This document shows positions 52,380-52,380 of a DNA stretch of 52,380 nt, in pieces. A program made the position numbers and the translations under genes. The number at the start of each line of letters is the position of its first letter. Position 1 is the stretch's first letter. The notes under the pieces are model-generated. The model did no database searches. It saw only the letters and a list, made by a program, of their open reading frames with translations, and was not told the origin of the DNA. This DNA is from Candidatus Bipolaricaulota bacterium (lineage in GTDB: Bacteria > Bipolaricaulota > Bipolaricaulia > UBA7950 > UBA9294): the NCBI GenBank assembly GCA_030670905.1, contig DAOVAR010000002.1, positions 1-52,380 of the forward strand, written 5' to 3'.

Positions 52380-52380
52380 A

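Overview
The window is a 52.4-kb chromosomal segment from a bacterium that is probably uncultivated and diderm. No organism can be assigned from the sequence alone. I support about 44 protein-coding genes and 4 tRNA genes: Ser-UGA, Ser-GCU, Arg-CCG and Leu-CAG. Most of the content is housekeeping. It includes anaerobic ribonucleotide reductase (nrdDG), rpsT, secF, recJ, the yidC-jag-mnmE cluster, and ribE-ribBA-ribH followed by hisS. It also includes mnmA, an archaeal-type proS, an isolated mraY, fpg, nfo, an AddAB-type helicase-nuclease pair and an S9 peptidase.

Four parts are less ordinary:
- A minus-strand envelope block (28.5-35.1 kb) holds an ECF sigma factor, an anti-sigma factor with a CBM48-like outer domain, secreted DUF4384/PEGA/PKD and lamin-tail/PKD proteins, a T9SS-type C-terminal sorting domain and a PorV-like beta-barrel.
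- An uncharacterised 445-aa cytosolic protein is translationally coupled to the isolated mraY.
- A mosaic family of intergenic repeats recurs at six or more loci. It is built from 7/8/9/10-nt short tandem repeats plus conserved hairpin modules, and two hairpins carry a second hairpin inserted into their loop.
- The right end (49.7-52.4 kb) is repeat-rich and carries a SemiSWEET-like mini-transporter, a possible integrase stub and a COG1373-type AAA+ ATPase with a PD-(D/E)xK core.

I found no CRISPR array, reverse transcriptase, transposase or rRNA. All protein calls rest on motifs I recognised by eye in the supplied translations. No database search was run, so family names beyond the housekeeping genes are provisional.
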